Source: a virus
DNA: 64,000 nt
Direction: 5' to 3' (one strand)
IMG/VR virus record: IMGVR_UViG_3300047480_000598
Location: 32,001 to 96,000 of that record
How positions within the stretch are numbered: position 1 is the stretch's first letter; every line of letters starts with the position of its first letter. This document shows, one piece after another, positions 29,941 to 38,464 of the stretch. The notes under the pieces are model-generated. The model made no database searches. It was not told the DNA's origin and saw nothing but the letters and a program-made list of their open reading frames with translations. The position numbers and the translations under genes are program-made.

Positions 29941-30652
29941 GATTAATCCTATATATATTTCTATCAATAGAGTTAGTCGGTAATTCTGTAGGGAATCTAT
30001 TCCAACAAGGAATACTCATACTTAGTCTCTTTGTGGTTGGATTTGCAACGTGGAAACATCTAGATGGTATATACAATCCATCGCCGGGTGTTAAAACTAC
30101 ATCGATTGCAAGATCTAATTCATCTTCTTGAATTAAGTTATTCATTATTCCTGTTCGATGCATATACGATATTCTATTATTAAATACCTTCCAGTGTGTT
30201 TCTCCTTCTACTTGAATAATAAAGTTACACGGGTAATCGTCATGGATAGGAAACGAAGTCGAAGAACCTAATCCGCAATACACATGAATAGCAGCATTCA
30301 CACTAAACATCTTTTCAAATATCGATAATAAATGATTTGTTTTTTCGCTATAGAATCCATAATTTGTTATTACAAGTCCGTATCCTTGATTAACTTTACT
30401 AAACATGAATTCTTTATCCTGCACTTTTCGATCCCATATCCATGCTTTAGAATGCTCAGGGATTTCAATCTTCGAATTCGTTTCTGGATCAATCAGTTCA
30501 AATGTATATAGTTCAGGTCTATTTAAACAATTTTCAACATCAGACCATGTAAGAAGATCATTAGAATTAGGTAGTAAATTTTTAAAAAAATGAGGGTTAT
30601 CATTAGTTAATAAATTTGTCTCATTTAATATACGTTGACCTAAATAATTCAT
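29927..30652 (-). CDS. JmjC/cupin-like oxygenase (ROX/YcfD-like)
   Basis: FPIHDD..NFIIQVEGETHWKV, LTPGDGLYIP..FH, RLSMSI. Confidence 0.85.
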   Translation of the reverse strand: MNYLGQRILNETNLLTNDNPHFFKNLLPNSNDLLTWSDVENCLNRPELYTFELIDPETNSKIEIPEHSKAWIWDRKVQDKEFMFSKVNQGYGLVITNYGFYSEKTNHLLSIFEKMFSVNAAIHVYCGLGSSTSFPIHDDYPCNFIIQVEGETHWKVFNNRISYMHRTGIMNNLIQEDELDLAIDVVLTPGDGLYIPSRCFHVANPTTKRLSMSIPCWNRFPTELPTNSIDRNIYRINHEHI

Positions 30653-31248
30653 TCTTCTGTCCTAATTAATTTTACATTGAACGCTACTGATATTCTATCA
30701 TCTTTAGTTGGGTTATGACCAACTCCGTGAGGCAAATGCCCTGGAAACATTACTAATCTTCCGGTCATTGCTTCATATGTTATAGCACTTGCACTAATAG
30801 GTGTATAATTTTTAATTATAGCTTGAGAACTTACAATATAATCGAGTGCATGATTTTTGTAGAAGGTAATATTTCCTTGTCCGGGTTTTGCTTTAACATA
30901 AAAGCAACCGGATAGAAAAGAATTATCGTGAATGTGTACCGAATTACTATTTCCGAAATTGTTAATATTAAACCAAAAATTTTCAATTTTAAGTTTACAA
31001 TAATCTTCATTATACCCGTAATCTCTAATACAATTTTCAGATTGAATTAAAATTTTATCCTCTAACTCTTGCATCTCGGCATAAAGTCCTGGTCGGAAAT
31101 CTTTGCTTTGCCATCCGCCTTCATTGCTTAGTTTTCTTCCTTCCTGATCCGCGTCTCTCATCGTTAAACATAATGATAAAATCGGTTCTGGGTCTATCGA
31201 TGATTGTTCCCACCAAATAGGTGTCGGAAAGTATAGATCATAATTCAT
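30649..31248 (-). CDS. Putative Fe(II)/2OG oxygenase, TIGR02466-like (HxH)
   Basis: SNEGGWQS, WFNIN, HIHDNSFLSGCFY, FPGHLPHGV, RISVAFN. Confidence 0.9.
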   Translation of the reverse strand: MNYDLYFPTPIWWEQSSIDPEPILSLCLTMRDADQEGRKLSNEGGWQSKDFRPGLYAEMQELEDKILIQSENCIRDYGYNEDYCKLKIENFWFNINNFGNSNSVHIHDNSFLSGCFYVKAKPGQGNITFYKNHALDYIVSSQAIIKNYTPISASAITYEAMTGRLVMFPGHLPHGVGHNPTKDDRISVAFNVKLIRTEE

Positions 31249-32042
31249 CGAAATAGATCTCCTATAGTGCGTGGAGGTAATTCATGGCTAAATGCAAATG
31301 CATGGCTCCATCGAAAATCTACCGTGTCTGATATATAAGCAAGATGACATATATTAGATTCATACATTGTTACAGTTCTCGCTCGAGTAGGTACTATTCC
31401 TATAAGATCAAATCCCCATCTCAGTAATTCGTCATCAGACAAATTGAACCAGTTATTAGACCTTGTTGGATTTTCGCTCATTATTTTCCATTCTTTATGC
31501 ATTATATGATGTTCGTCTATTTGAAAATCATATATTTCGTTATACATTCTTCCGTTATATCGGTATAATTTAGTACCGCTTTCATTTATAGAATGATCAG
31601 TAAACCACATATTTGCCACCATACCGTGTACATAGTCAATATGAGGAATTCTCCAACACGAAATAGGTCTACTTCGATTTTTAAAATATACATTTCCCCA
31701 CTCATGTATTTGTGGATCAAACCAATCAGTCCGTACATTTTTATGATAAAAATCTCTAACTAAAAAACACAATCGATTACTAACCCACTCCGGCACATGG
31801 ATAGTATCAAATGGATTAGGATCAACATTATCGTCGTGATTGTTGTCTTTTTGTATTGGAAAACATGAAATTAAATTTTTATAAATCTCAAATCCGTTAT
31901 CGATAAATGGATCTTCGGCAATCCAATATCCTATCGATTTATCGAGCTTTATATATTCGACATTCCAGTCTTCGACATTCTTAACTTTGATTACCTTATC
32001 AAAATTGTTTGCATCAGGATAGCATACTTTAAAATCTTTCAT
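31245..32042 (-). CDS. Putative Fe(II)/2OG oxygenase (HxD), divergent
   Basis: RIPHIDY, SGTKLY, YESNICH, FRWS. Confidence 0.6.
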   Translation of the reverse strand: MKDFKVCYPDANNFDKVIKVKNVEDWNVEYIKLDKSIGYWIAEDPFIDNGFEIYKNLISCFPIQKDNNHDDNVDPNPFDTIHVPEWVSNRLCFLVRDFYHKNVRTDWFDPQIHEWGNVYFKNRSRPISCWRIPHIDYVHGMVANMWFTDHSINESGTKLYRYNGRMYNEIYDFQIDEHHIMHKEWKIMSENPTRSNNWFNLSDDELLRWGFDLIGIVPTRARTVTMYESNICHLAYISDTVDFRWSHAFAFSHELPPRTIGDLFR

Positions 32043-32623
32043 TTTATATTAAAAGTCATTACAATTCGTTCATTATCGGTATTATTAGGTTGTACACGAT
32101 GTTTTATCCAGCCGGGAAATATTAATACATCATTTTCTTGTGCAGGGATCTCTTTATATAAACTTTCTTCAGGGTAGATTGGCCATGCTGATTTGTGATA
32201 TTCTAAAGGATCTTTAAATTCTATAAAACCAGAGTCAGGGGGGAGCTTTATATACGATGCAACAACAAAAGTAGTAAAATTATGATTATGCTCTAATGTT
32301 ATTCCATCTCTATAATGTTTATTAAACCAAGATCTAGTAACTTCTGAATAGGTATATGTAAATGCATGGTCCCTTCGGATTTTTGCAATTTTTTCTCCTA
32401 ACCAGTTTTGAAAATCTGATAATTCTTTCCATGTATGAGGTTGTAAATTGTTATCAACAGTTGCAGTCGATATAGCGTCTCCGTATTCTAATTTTGAATT
32501 ATTTTCAACCAATCTAAATAATTCGTCTATTTTAGGAGTTAGCGTATCTAATTCAAACTGGTAATTAAATTTCCATATATGTGGCGGAAATAAAATTACT
32601 CCACCGTCATTAAGTTGCAGCAC
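32039..32623 (-). CDS. Putative Fe(II)/2OG oxygenase, TIGR02466-like (HxH)
   Basis: SWFNKH, EHNH, FPGWIKHRV, RIVMTFN. Confidence 0.87.
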   Translation of the reverse strand: MLQLNDGGVILFPPHIWKFNYQFELDTLTPKIDELFRLVENNSKLEYGDAISTATVDNNLQPHTWKELSDFQNWLGEKIAKIRRDHAFTYTYSEVTRSWFNKHYRDGITLEHNHNFTTFVVASYIKLPPDSGFIEFKDPLEYHKSAWPIYPEESLYKEIPAQENDVLIFPGWIKHRVQPNNTDNERIVMTFNIK

Positions 32624-32861
32624 CTTCTACAACCTCTGCATATGTTTCTAATGCAAGTTTTAGGCCCATAATTGCACCTTCCATTTTAATAACATCTGTT
32701 GATAATTCTTGTCTTTTTCCGAAATCAATTGATGTAATTCCGTAAGGGTTTAATTTAACATTTGCAAATTCTTCTTCTAATTCAGCTAATTCTTTTTCTG
32801 CGTCAAGTTTTTGAATTTCAACCTTTTGAATTGTTGATTCAATTTGTTCTTTAAAGCTCAT
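32610..32861 (-). CDS. Small coiled-coil hypothetical protein
   Basis: 83 aa, heptad-like E/K/L pattern, SD AAGGAG. Confidence 0.75.
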   Translation of the reverse strand: MSFKEQIESTIQKVEIQKLDAEKELAELEEEFANVKLNPYGITSIDFGKRQELSTDVIKMEGAIMGLKLALETYAEVVEGAAT

Positions 32862-33658
32862 TATCTTTTCTCCTTTTTATATTTGTTTAATACTGTAATA
32901 ATTCGAGTTAGTCTTGATGATAATTTATCATCGGATAAGAATGCACAGTTTGATGCATAATTAAATTCTTTTTCTTTTTTTACATCTCGTTCAGATGCAG
33001 AGTCTATACTAATATTATAGTAAGAAGTATTTAACGACTTCCTTGATATAGGAATAATCTGACACAACGGCGTTCCTGCTTTAACTATTGTTTTTCCTGA
33101 AAGTACATGCCAAAATAATTGAATATTAATTAAATGTCCGTATTTTGGATCAAGTATACCAGTAGCAGCAGTAAATCTTGATTCGTTATTGTAAGAAACA
33201 GGCATTAATAAAAATAATACATCATCACTTGCTTCAATTCGCCACGGTGTTTCAATTTTAACTACTGATTTTAACGTATTAGATGGATTATCAAGTAAAG
33301 GTTCTGTTTGACTTCGTGTGTGCCCCGAGACATAAGTATCCATTCCTTGATTTATTTTAGTAAATCGATACGGTTCATTCCACTCAAATGCTACACCGTC
33401 TCCAATAGTTGAAATTGAAAAGTCGGCAGGAGCAGGAACAATCCATCCAGTTGAAATAAGTTTTTTAATTCCGGGACAATTTTTTGAAGATAATGTTTCG
33501 GGCAAATCACCAACTTGTTCTTCGTCCATAAATTTTCGTTTAACACTAATTGAACGAACAATTGGATATAGAGTTAGAACTCCAGATTCTAAAGTATAGA
33601 ATCTAATAAATGGTTTTGATTTAAATAATCTTTTAAATATATTCATCTTTTCCGCCAT
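32861..33658 (-). CDS. Phage protein, possible dUTPase-like fold (paralog of 18218..19039)
   Basis: CPGIKK..GWIVPAPADF, KIETPW, GILDP, VKAGTPLCQIIP. Confidence 0.6.
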   Translation of the reverse strand: MAEKMNIFKRLFKSKPFIRFYTLESGVLTLYPIVRSISVKRKFMDEEQVGDLPETLSSKNCPGIKKLISTGWIVPAPADFSISTIGDGVAFEWNEPYRFTKINQGMDTYVSGHTRSQTEPLLDNPSNTLKSVVKIETPWRIEASDDVLFLLMPVSYNNESRFTAATGILDPKYGHLINIQLFWHVLSGKTIVKAGTPLCQIIPISRKSLNTSYYNISIDSASERDVKKEKEFNYASNCAFLSDDKLSSRLTRIITVLNKYKKEKR

Positions 33659-35246
33659 AAATTTCGTTTTTTAGAAATTCGTAATGGCTCGGTAATTTAT
33701 TCACATAATCTATAACAAAATCTCTATATTCCTCGTATCTTCTTTTAGTGTATCCAATTTCTTCCTGTCGACGAGTAACTTCGATTCGAGATCCATTAAA
33801 GAAAATTAATTCTTTTGTTGAAATTGATTTAACCCCCATTCCTGCTGCAATAAACATATTTCCAACATACTCACTAGGGTAAGTCATCGAGCTAGTTATG
33901 TTCCCCATAAGGTTAGGATATTGTGCTTGCATTAACATAACGTCTCCCATTTGATCCGGACAATATTCGTTAATTTGTGTACACCATCTCCAATAAGGAG
34001 TATCTGTTCTTCTTGATAGTGCATAATGTTGTGATACAAAGTCTCTAAATTTTAATACTTCATATTCAACTGCAAAATTATATCCTTCGCGCTCGGTTCT
34101 TGTAATATAACCGTCACGTCGATTTAATACTTCGACTAATTTTATAATATTTTCATGCGTAGTTAACAGTCCGGTGGATTCTAGAGGCTCAACAAATCCA
34201 TAACTTAAACCAACTCCTACTACATTAAATAGCCAAGCTCTACGCCTACGACCGTGACGGATCTTAATATGCATCATTTCGGCATTTTCAGCTCTTTCTT
34301 TCGATCCTATTGTTGCTAAATGTTTTCTAAACTCTCTTTTAGCTTCTTCATCTGATACAAATCTAGAAGAATAAACATATCCGGTACCGATTCGATTCCA
34401 TAATGGAATATTCCATACCCACCCGTTATCTAATGCATGACAATCAGTAACATTGTGCATTTCTTTTTCACGGTCTTCGTAAGGAATTCGACATGCCCAT
34501 GCACTATCGTTTGCTAGATATTTGTCAAATGGTCGAAACTCTGAACCCATGATATTTTCGAGTAATAAGGATTTAAATCCAGTACAATCAATCCATAAGT
34601 CCGATTTTAATACAGTCCCATCTGCTAATAAAAGATCAGTTAAATGGCCTAGGGAGTCTTTTTTATGAGAATGTACATCTCCCAATATATGTTTAACTCC
34701 ATTTGGGATAGCAATTGTGTCTTTTAAATATTGTCCTAATAGTTGTGCATCAAGGTGATATGCGGTATCCCATCGAAAATCATAATTTCTTAGAATTCCC
34801 TGTTCGTTTCGAGTTTGTTTGTTGTATTTTGCTAGCATTGTATTGCCAGTTACATAAAATTCTGCAAATGTATCTGGTGTATATTCATCCGGATACATTG
34901 TTGCCAACTCGGACCATGCTTGTACTCCGGCCGGTTTATCAGAAAAGTCTAATCCTGCGCTAAATGGATATTCAAAATGTGTGCCGTCATTGTCTCGAAA
35001 ATTTGTAAATCTAATAGAATTTTTATAAGTAGCATTACATTTTGGCATCCATTCTTCATCTTTAAGCCCTAGTAACGAGAAGAATTTATTAATGTGACCT
35101 AATGTACTTTCTCCTACGCCAATTGTTCCGACTCGAGCTGATTCAACTAGTGTAATGTCTAAATGCGGACATAACTTAGATAATGCTGCTGCTGTCATCC
35201 AGCCACTTGAGCCTCCTCCAACAATTGTTACTGTTTTAATTTGCAT
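33633..35246 (-). CDS. Flavin-dependent halogenase, tryptophan halogenase family (H4)
   Basis: GGGSSG, GVGEST, ATYKNSIRF, GWVWNIP, FVEPLESTG. Confidence 0.95.
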   Translation of the reverse strand: MQIKTVTIVGGGSSGWMTAAALSKLCPHLDITLVESARVGTIGVGESTLGHINKFFSLLGLKDEEWMPKCNATYKNSIRFTNFRDNDGTHFEYPFSAGLDFSDKPAGVQAWSELATMYPDEYTPDTFAEFYVTGNTMLAKYNKQTRNEQGILRNYDFRWDTAYHLDAQLLGQYLKDTIAIPNGVKHILGDVHSHKKDSLGHLTDLLLADGTVLKSDLWIDCTGFKSLLLENIMGSEFRPFDKYLANDSAWACRIPYEDREKEMHNVTDCHALDNGWVWNIPLWNRIGTGYVYSSRFVSDEEAKREFRKHLATIGSKERAENAEMMHIKIRHGRRRRAWLFNVVGVGLSYGFVEPLESTGLLTTHENIIKLVEVLNRRDGYITRTEREGYNFAVEYEVLKFRDFVSQHYALSRRTDTPYWRWCTQINEYCPDQMGDVMLMQAQYPNLMGNITSSMTYPSEYVGNMFIAAGMGVKSISTKELIFFNGSRIEVTRRQEEIGYTKRRYEEYRDFVIDYVNKLPSHYEFLKNEIYGGKDEYI

Positions 35247-35269
35247 AAAAAATCCTCTTATTAGCAGGG

Positions 35270-35277
35270 TATTTATA
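35270..35277 (-). promoter_or_regulatory. T4 late promoter consensus TATAAATA heading the leftward enzyme operon
   Basis: Exact consensus between terminator and SD AGAGG of H4. Confidence 0.72.
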
Positions 35278-35299
35278 GGTAGGATTTTTTATAGTCATT

Positions 35300-35326
35300 A
35301 AAAAAGGTATCGTACGATACCTTTTT
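35300..35326 (-). terminator. Palindromic (bidirectional) intrinsic terminator
   Basis: AAAAAGGTATC-GTAC-GATACCTTTTT, a perfect palindrome at 35301-35326. Confidence 0.8.
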
Positions 35327-35342
35327 ATAAAGTTTTAAGATT

Positions 35343-35840
35343 TTAATTCAAAGATTGGTACCCTTTCCAACCAGGATATCTAATCCACGACTGTAATTCA
35401 GGAGTACTCGGAACACAGGGTTTATTAACACTCGGTTCTTCTGTTGTCGATTTTAACATTAATTCTTCAAGAGAGATAGGTTCTTCTATAACTGGTTTTT
35501 CTATCATAGTTTTTACATTAACAATATGTTGGAACCATGCACTATTTTGATCTAAACTTCCATTTTCTTTTATATCATCAAAAATCATTCCAAGTTGTTC
35601 GCCTATTTCCCCATATGCAACTTTTCTTGCAACAGCATTATTAGTGAATCCACCTTCTCTTTCAATCCAAATCATCTCTCCCCGACTTGGACTCCATTCC
35701 AATGTCCAGTCTAATTGAATATTATCCGGAGCATCAACCCATGCTATTGTAGCATCCGGTCCTTCGTATATTTCATAATCTTCTCCCGGATCACGAATTT
35801 CGCTTACGTATCCTTGATAAGAAACAATTGCTTTTTTCAT
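35343..35840 (-). CDS. Tail-fibre assembly chaperone-like protein
   Basis: RKVAYGEIGEQLGMIFDDI...WFQHIVNVKT..EKP resembles fibre-chaperone C-terminal motif; directly downstream of Gly-rich fibre genes. Confidence 0.6.
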   Translation of the reverse strand: MKKAIVSYQGYVSEIRDPGEDYEIYEGPDATIAWVDAPDNIQLDWTLEWSPSRGEMIWIEREGGFTNNAVARKVAYGEIGEQLGMIFDDIKENGSLDQNSAWFQHIVNVKTMIEKPVIEEPISLEELMLKSTTEEPSVNKPCVPSTPELQSWIRYPGWKGYQSLN

Positions 35841-35859
35841 ATTACTTTCCTAATTTGAG

Positions 35860-36714
35860 TTATTTATATTCTTCAACAACAATAATTCCCGGTCTTCCAT
35901 CTGAACCTCTATGTCCGTGAAAATATCCTCCTGTGCCGCCCGATCCCGGAGCAGCATGACCTTGGTGATTGTGAGAAAAGTGACCTCCTTGAGGATGTCC
36001 TGATGGTGCCGGACCTCCGAAGTGACTAGTCCCACCCGGACCAAAACTATGATAATGTGCTCCTCCGCTTCCGGTATGAATATTTAGATCACCGCCGGAC
36101 CCTAATCCGCTTACACCACCTGAATGTTGATTTTGTCTATTTGCTCCATGTCCTCCGCCAGCGGAACAATACGGTCCAAATGAGCTAGTTCCGCCGTCGT
36201 TACCTGCCCCTGAATAATAATTGCCGCCACCGCCGCCACCAATCGTAACTGATACTGAGCTAATTCCACTAACATCTAGTACACGTTCTGAATACCCGCC
36301 TGCTGCTCCTGATTCTCCATGACCGGACGCGCCGCCGCCTCCTCCTTGAACTTTAATTTTAATATATCTCACACCTGCAGGTCTATTCCAAGTTCCGGTA
36401 CTAGTAAATACTTGCATACTTGAAAAACCAATTTGAGCATATTCAAGACCGGTTGCAGAAGAGTTTGTTCTAAGCACAGTGTCAGTACTACCAACGCTTG
36501 ATAACCCCGTGCCTCCTTTTCCAACCGGCATTAAATTAGTTACTCTATTCGAAGTATAATCAACTGCGCCCGTTGCAAACTTTGCTGATGTTACATTTCC
36601 GTCAGCAATATCATTCACTCCTATTGTGTTGTTTGCAAAATCTGAAGAGACTAGCGTCCCGTCAATAATATGTGATCCGGTAATTTGTTTTAAAGTTTGA
36701 TAATCAAATGCCAT
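35860..36714 (-). CDS. Gly/His-rich fibre-tip or adhesin-like protein, paralog 3
   Basis: MAFDYQTLK start, short fibre repeats, FTSTGTWNRPAGV..VQGGGGG Gly-rich domain, ends HGHRGSDGRPGIIVVEEY. Confidence 0.75.
   Translation of the reverse strand: MAFDYQTLKQITGSHIIDGTLVSSDFANNTIGVNDIADGNVTSAKFATGAVDYTSNRVTNLMPVGKGGTGLSSVGSTDTVLRTNSSATGLEYAQIGFSSMQVFTSTGTWNRPAGVRYIKIKVQGGGGGASGHGESGAAGGYSERVLDVSGISSVSVTIGGGGGGNYYSGAGNDGGTSSFGPYCSAGGGHGANRQNQHSGGVSGLGSGGDLNIHTGSGGAHYHSFGPGGTSHFGGPAPSGHPQGGHFSHNHQGHAAPGSGGTGGYFHGHRGSDGRPGIIVVEEYK
35861..35868 (-). promoter_or_regulatory. T4 late promoter consensus TATAAATA for chaperone-like gene
   Basis: Exact consensus embedded in the last codons (TAT AAA TAA) of the upstream gene. 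Confidence 0.55.
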
Positions 36715-36725
36715 ACGTTAGTCTC

Positions 36726-37589
36726 TTAAAAATATTCTGTAATTACGATAATTCCCGGTCTTCCATCTGAACCTCTATGCCCACTGAAATACCCTGATGT
36801 TCCGCCGGTACCTGGAGCAGAATATCCTTGATGATTATGTGAAAAATGACCGCCTTGTGGATGTCCCGCAGGAGCAGGTCCTCCAAAAAATGTACTTCCT
36901 CCCATTCCTGACGACCGCTGTTCGTGGCCTCCACCGCAGCCTTGATATAAATTTAGGTCTCCGCCTGATCCAGTACCACTAACACCACCGTTATGATTGT
37001 TATGTCGATTGCATCCATGTCCGCCGCCCGCTGAGACATATGGGCCAAATGAGCTTCCTGCTCCATTGCCGCCTGCATTATTGTAATAAGTGCCGCCGCC
37101 TCCGCCACCGATCGTAACTGATACCGAGTTAATTCCGTTTTGTGCAACTTCTAACACTCTTTCTGCATAACCTCCCGCAGCTCCTGATTCCCCGTGGCCT
37201 CCCGCGCCTCCGCCCCCGCCTTGAACTTGAATATGAATATATCGTACGCGAGAATCTCTACTCCAAGTTCCATTACTAGTAAATACTTGCATCCTAAATA
37301 TTCCAGAGTTTGCAAAAGTTAATCCGCTTGCTCCGCTGTTCATTGATAATACTTGATATGCGCTACCAATGGCAGTTAATCCTGTGCCTCCTTTAGTTAC
37401 AGGGACAGTCCCTGTAACTGTACTATCTGATAAGATTACAGAATTAACTCCTAATTCTGTATTTGTAATTGTACTATTTGCTATTTTAGCAGTAGTAATA
37501 TTTTGATCAGCTACATCTGTTCCGGTTATTGTATTACTAATAAAAGAATCAGAAGATAAATTTCTTAATGTTTTATAATCGAATGCCAT
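36726..37589 (-). CDS. Gly/His-rich fibre-tip or adhesin-like protein, paralog 2
   Basis: Same architecture; GHPQGGHFSHNHQG, GHRGSDGRPG. Confidence 0.75.
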   Translation of the reverse strand: MAFDYKTLRNLSSDSFISNTITGTDVADQNITTAKIANSTITNTELGVNSVILSDSTVTGTVPVTKGGTGLTAIGSAYQVLSMNSGASGLTFANSGIFRMQVFTSNGTWSRDSRVRYIHIQVQGGGGGAGGHGESGAAGGYAERVLEVAQNGINSVSVTIGGGGGGTYYNNAGGNGAGSSFGPYVSAGGGHGCNRHNNHNGGVSGTGSGGDLNLYQGCGGGHEQRSSGMGGSTFFGGPAPAGHPQGGHFSHNHQGYSAPGTGGTSGYFSGHRGSDGRPGIIVITEYF

Positions 37590-37600
37590 GTGTGATCCTC

Positions 37601-38452
37601 TTAATAGTAACTTGTTATAACAATAATACCAGGTCTTCCATCTGAACCTCTATGTCCATGAAAGTGAGCGCCGGCTCCGCCTGTGCCCGGTGCAGTATGT
37701 CCTTGGTGGTTGTGTGCAAAATGTCCGCCTTGTGGGTGACTACTTGGAGCACCACCGCCAAAAAATGTATCTGCGCAGCTTTGAGCACTATATGCATGAT
37801 GACTAAATCCGCCGCCCATGTGAAGATTTAAATTCCCCCCGGATCCTGCACCGCTTACACCTCCCGAGTGTTGATTTTGTCTATTTGCGCCGTGCCCGCC
37901 TCCGGCCGAAATATATGGTCCAAATGAGCTACCATTACCGTTTCCGCCGGCTCCTGAATAATAAGTGCCGCTGCCTCCTCCTCCGATTGTCACGGCAACT
38001 GTGCTCAAACCTCTAACATCAAGAAATCTTTCAGCATATCCGCCTGCACCGCCACCTTCACCATGTCCGGATCCACCACCGGCACCACCTTGAACTTGGA
38101 CTTTAACATATCGCACATTTGAAGGTCTAGTCCATGTGCCGTTTCCAGTAAAAACTTGTAAACCTTGTATTCCATGAGTATAAAATTGAGGGTTACTACC
38201 GTCACTATATAATGCTTGAAATGCTGACCCTAAGGATGTTCGATTTAGTCCACCGCGGTTAATAGGTAGTGTCCCTGTTGTAGTTGAACTTGAATTATCG
38301 ATAGAACCGGATCCTAATTTTACATTAGTTACATTTCCTGCTGCAATCTGTGTTGCAGTAATATTGTTGTCAGCTATTTCAGCGGTAAGAATAGTCCCAT
38401 CAATAATACCGTCATTTCTAATATTTTTAAGTGATTGATAATCAAATGCCAT
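37601..38452 (-). CDS. Gly/His-rich fibre-tip or adhesin-like protein, paralog 1
   Basis: Same architecture; SHPQGGHFAHNHQGH, HFHGHRGSDGRPG. Confidence 0.75.
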   Translation of the reverse strand: MAFDYQSLKNIRNDGIIDGTILTAEIADNNITATQIAAGNVTNVKLGSGSIDNSSSTTTGTLPINRGGLNRTSLGSAFQALYSDGSNPQFYTHGIQGLQVFTGNGTWTRPSNVRYVKVQVQGGAGGGSGHGEGGGAGGYAERFLDVRGLSTVAVTIGGGGSGTYYSGAGGNGNGSSFGPYISAGGGHGANRQNQHSGGVSGAGSGGNLNLHMGGGFSHHAYSAQSCADTFFGGGAPSSHPQGGHFAHNHQGHTAPGTGGAGAHFHGHRGSDGRPGIIVITSYY

Positions 38453-38464
38453 AATTTTACTCTA

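Noticed and set aside
20893-35246. Bacterial secondary-metabolite cluster (pyrrolnitrin or rebeccamycin type)
   Set aside because: No prnB/C/D, scaffold synthase, transporter or regulator; the context is phage morphogenesis genes with phage late promoters.
35860-38452. Diversity-generating retroelement acting on the fibre paralogs
   Set aside because: No reverse transcriptase and no template/variable repeat pair with adenine-specific differences in this window.
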